A stretch of 63,731 nucleotides of DNA, counting the filler, from Reticulomyxa filosa (taxonomy: Eukaryota; Protista; Foraminifera): assembly GCA_000512085.1 (NCBI GenBank). It is 24 parts of 24 records of this genome, joined end to end, with 100 filler letters (N's around TTAATTAATTAA, not from the genome) between each part and the next. Parts side by side here need not be neighbours in the genome. Positions count along the whole stretch, not along the records: positions 60,193 to 61,788 come from ASPP01046214.1; positions 61,889 to 63,731 come from ASPP01003140.1; 22 more parts are not named here. One strand, written 5' to 3'. Of the stretch, positions 61,505 through 63,731 are shown piece after piece (positions within the stretch are counted from its first letter, which is position 1; every line of letters begins with the position of its first letter). A program made the position numbers and the translations under genes. Below the pieces are notes generated by a model. It saw only the letters and a program-made list of their open reading frames with translations. It had not been told where the DNA came from and searched no databases.

Positions 61505-63288
61505 TTATGTGTTTTTTCCTTGCATCGTGATTAAATTGTGTGTTAAGTTTTTGACGCAAAAAAAGTTTGCATTTTGACAGGACCATGGGTTTTAAAATGA
61601 AAATGTGAAATGCCTTTATCCTTTAATTTCAAATTTTAATGCGATGTTTATAAACTTATAAAAGGGTAGATAGTGTGAAAAAAAAAAAAAAAAGAGTTTA
61701 AAGACTTCTATTTAAAAATCACAAGGTTTCAACTAGGATATCAAAAAAATTTAAACATTAATTTATGATGTTATGAAAAGGTGATTTCNNNNNNNNNNNN
61801 NNNNNNNNNNNNNNNNNNNNNNNNNNNNNNNNTTAATTAATTAANNNNNNNNNNNNNNNNNNNNNNNNNNNNNNNNNNNNNNNNNNNNGCTTGTTTTTCA
61901 TTTCTATAAGTGGCCATTATTTTTTTTTTTTTTGAGCTAGTCTTAGATGAACTTTTTTTTTCTCAAGACCAATGAAGGGATTGGGACGAAAAAATTAAAA
62001 CTCAACAACGTTTGTAGTTTTTTTTTTACTAACTTTTGAAAGCAGTTCAAAAAATGTGAATGAAATGAAATTTTAATATATTGTGAAAGACATCAATGGT
62101 TTTTTATTGTTTCCAAAGAACTTGTTATTCTTATCGTAAATAAAGGTATGTTATTCTTGTTAAACGCTAAAACGTATTTTTAAAATAAATAACAAAAAAA
62201 TTTATTCCATTTTATACAAAGTAAACGTGGATTGTGATTTTGCTGAAGATGAAAGTTTTCTCCAAACATAGACAACTATCTGTTTGTGATGATATTGCAA
62301 CATTATATCGTCATGCATATGCATATCAATAATATTATTCTGTTGTTTAATGGATGGAATGTTCTTTGTTTTAGCAACTGCATAAAAATATTAATTAGTT
62401 GGTGAATAACTGATACATTCGATTTATGCGTTTTTGATTATTCAAACTCCGAAAAATTCTTGTTTTCGTTATTTGTATGAAACATTTTTATCCTTTGTTG
62501 AAAACGTTTCTCAGCGAAATTCCGACAGAAGCAATTTCACAAAAATTTAGTAATAACGTAAAAATAATCACATTCACTCCTTCTGTCTGGAATGAGAAAA
62601 AATGTTAAGTATTTGAAATTTATATGACACATACAATTATTTTCTCTAGATAGAGTATTTTATGAAATATTTCCAAAGGATTTTTTCTTGAATATCCCTA
62701 CTCTAGTAAAACAAAAAAAAACTATATGTTAATACTTTTGGTTGATTGTAAAAATTTGTTGAAAATAATCCTAGCTCTTTCACTTTTTTATCTTCGAAAT
62801 GGATCAACTCGACATGAAAATAGAAAAAAAGGAAGAAACTTCAAACTTGTCTTCTGATATTTAGACATTGTTTTGTAAAATAAATTAATACTGAGATATT
62901 GAAGAATCTCTTTATATAATTGCATTTTTTTAAATTACTGTCATTTACATCTTGCTTCAGGAGAAAATGTTGTTTTGATAATGTACCTTGTTGTCATTTC
63001 ACCCATCTTATTTTAAAACAGCAAATAGGCATAAAAAAATAACAATTTAAAGAAATCAGTATTGATTTGCAATGAAAAAAACACAATACTTAAAATATCT
63101 TGCAATTTTTTGATATTTAGCAATTGAGTTCTTTGAAAAACATTGAACGAGTTTTTTCAATTTTTTAAACAAAATAAAATAAAATACATCTTTCAATGCT
63201 TGCATTAATCAAATCAAACAAGTTTAATATCACTTTACTTTTCTTTCAAAGAAAAAATACTTTTATTTCTTACTGCACAAAAAGTAAA

Positions 63289-63731
63289 TTATCCCCAAAT
63301 ACGAATGTGACCATTGTGTAAACCATAACACAAATTCAAATCATATTTAACATTATTTGTCTTCTCTTTACTTTTTCAATACAATAAATTTAAGACAATA
63401 TATTCCATAACCTTCTTCATCTTCGATCACATACAATTGATTCTTATTTGATCGAATATCCCAAAAACGAATTGTATTATCAAATGATCCAGAACATATC
63501 ACATTTAAATTAACAATATTATTCTTTATTACAAATGGTGAATATTCAACAACATACACATAATCTGTATGTCCATTGAACACTTGAATTTGTTTACCAG
63601 ATCGAATATCCCACAAGCAAACACTTTTATCTATTGATCCAGATAATATTGTATTTGATAATTCATTTGATCCATATTTTACACAACTCACAGTATTTGT
63701 ATGTTTTTTGAACATATTGAATTGTTTTGTT
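63289..63731 (-). CDS. WD40-repeat protein C-terminus, a close paralog of 30016-31396, with a frameshift near 63370
   Basis: VKYGSNELSNTILSGS, IRFWDIRSNK; ends ...GHIRIWG* in another frame. Confidence 0.9.

Noticed and set aside
1756-61888. Regularly recurring TTAATTAATTAA palindrome as a biological repeat or CRISPR-like array
   Set aside because: It is always centred in exactly 88 Ns, so it is an artificial contig linker. Cross-contig gene clusters are therefore meaningless.

Overview
This is not one locus. It is 24 short contigs joined by 23 artificial 100-nt linkers (N44-TTAATTAATTAA-N44), so neighbourhood arguments hold only within a contig. The DNA is AT-rich and eukaryotic, with GT-AG introns. 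The expanded WD40, Kelch and RING-TRAF families and a divergent alpha-tubulin point to a foraminiferan such as Reticulomyxa (inference). Ordinary genes include a MIF4G protein, ZNF593/Bud20, alpha-SNAP, a CAMK kinase, an HD hydrolase, a BMT5-like methyltransferase, an importin-13/transportin-SR-like protein and an S10 carboxypeptidase. Decayed LINE and Tc1 elements are also present. The best candidate for a new system is contig 14716-19279. It ends in telomere-like (GCTTAGG)6. Reading away from that end is an intronless 1201-aa ORF with seven CCHC zinc knuckles. This ORF is joined through an in-frame U_UUU_UUU -1 slippery site and a hairpin to a second ORF carrying the N-terminal motif of Penelope-like reverse transcriptases. 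It looks like a telomere-capped, Gag-Pol-style Penelope-like retroelement, but the RT catalytic core lies beyond the contig end and cannot be confirmed here. Other notable items: a dispersed non-coding repeat with double hairpins and GNRA loops, a bacterial-type solute-binding + vWA gene with introns, micro-inversions in LINE relics, and an imperfect ~140-bp palindrome.
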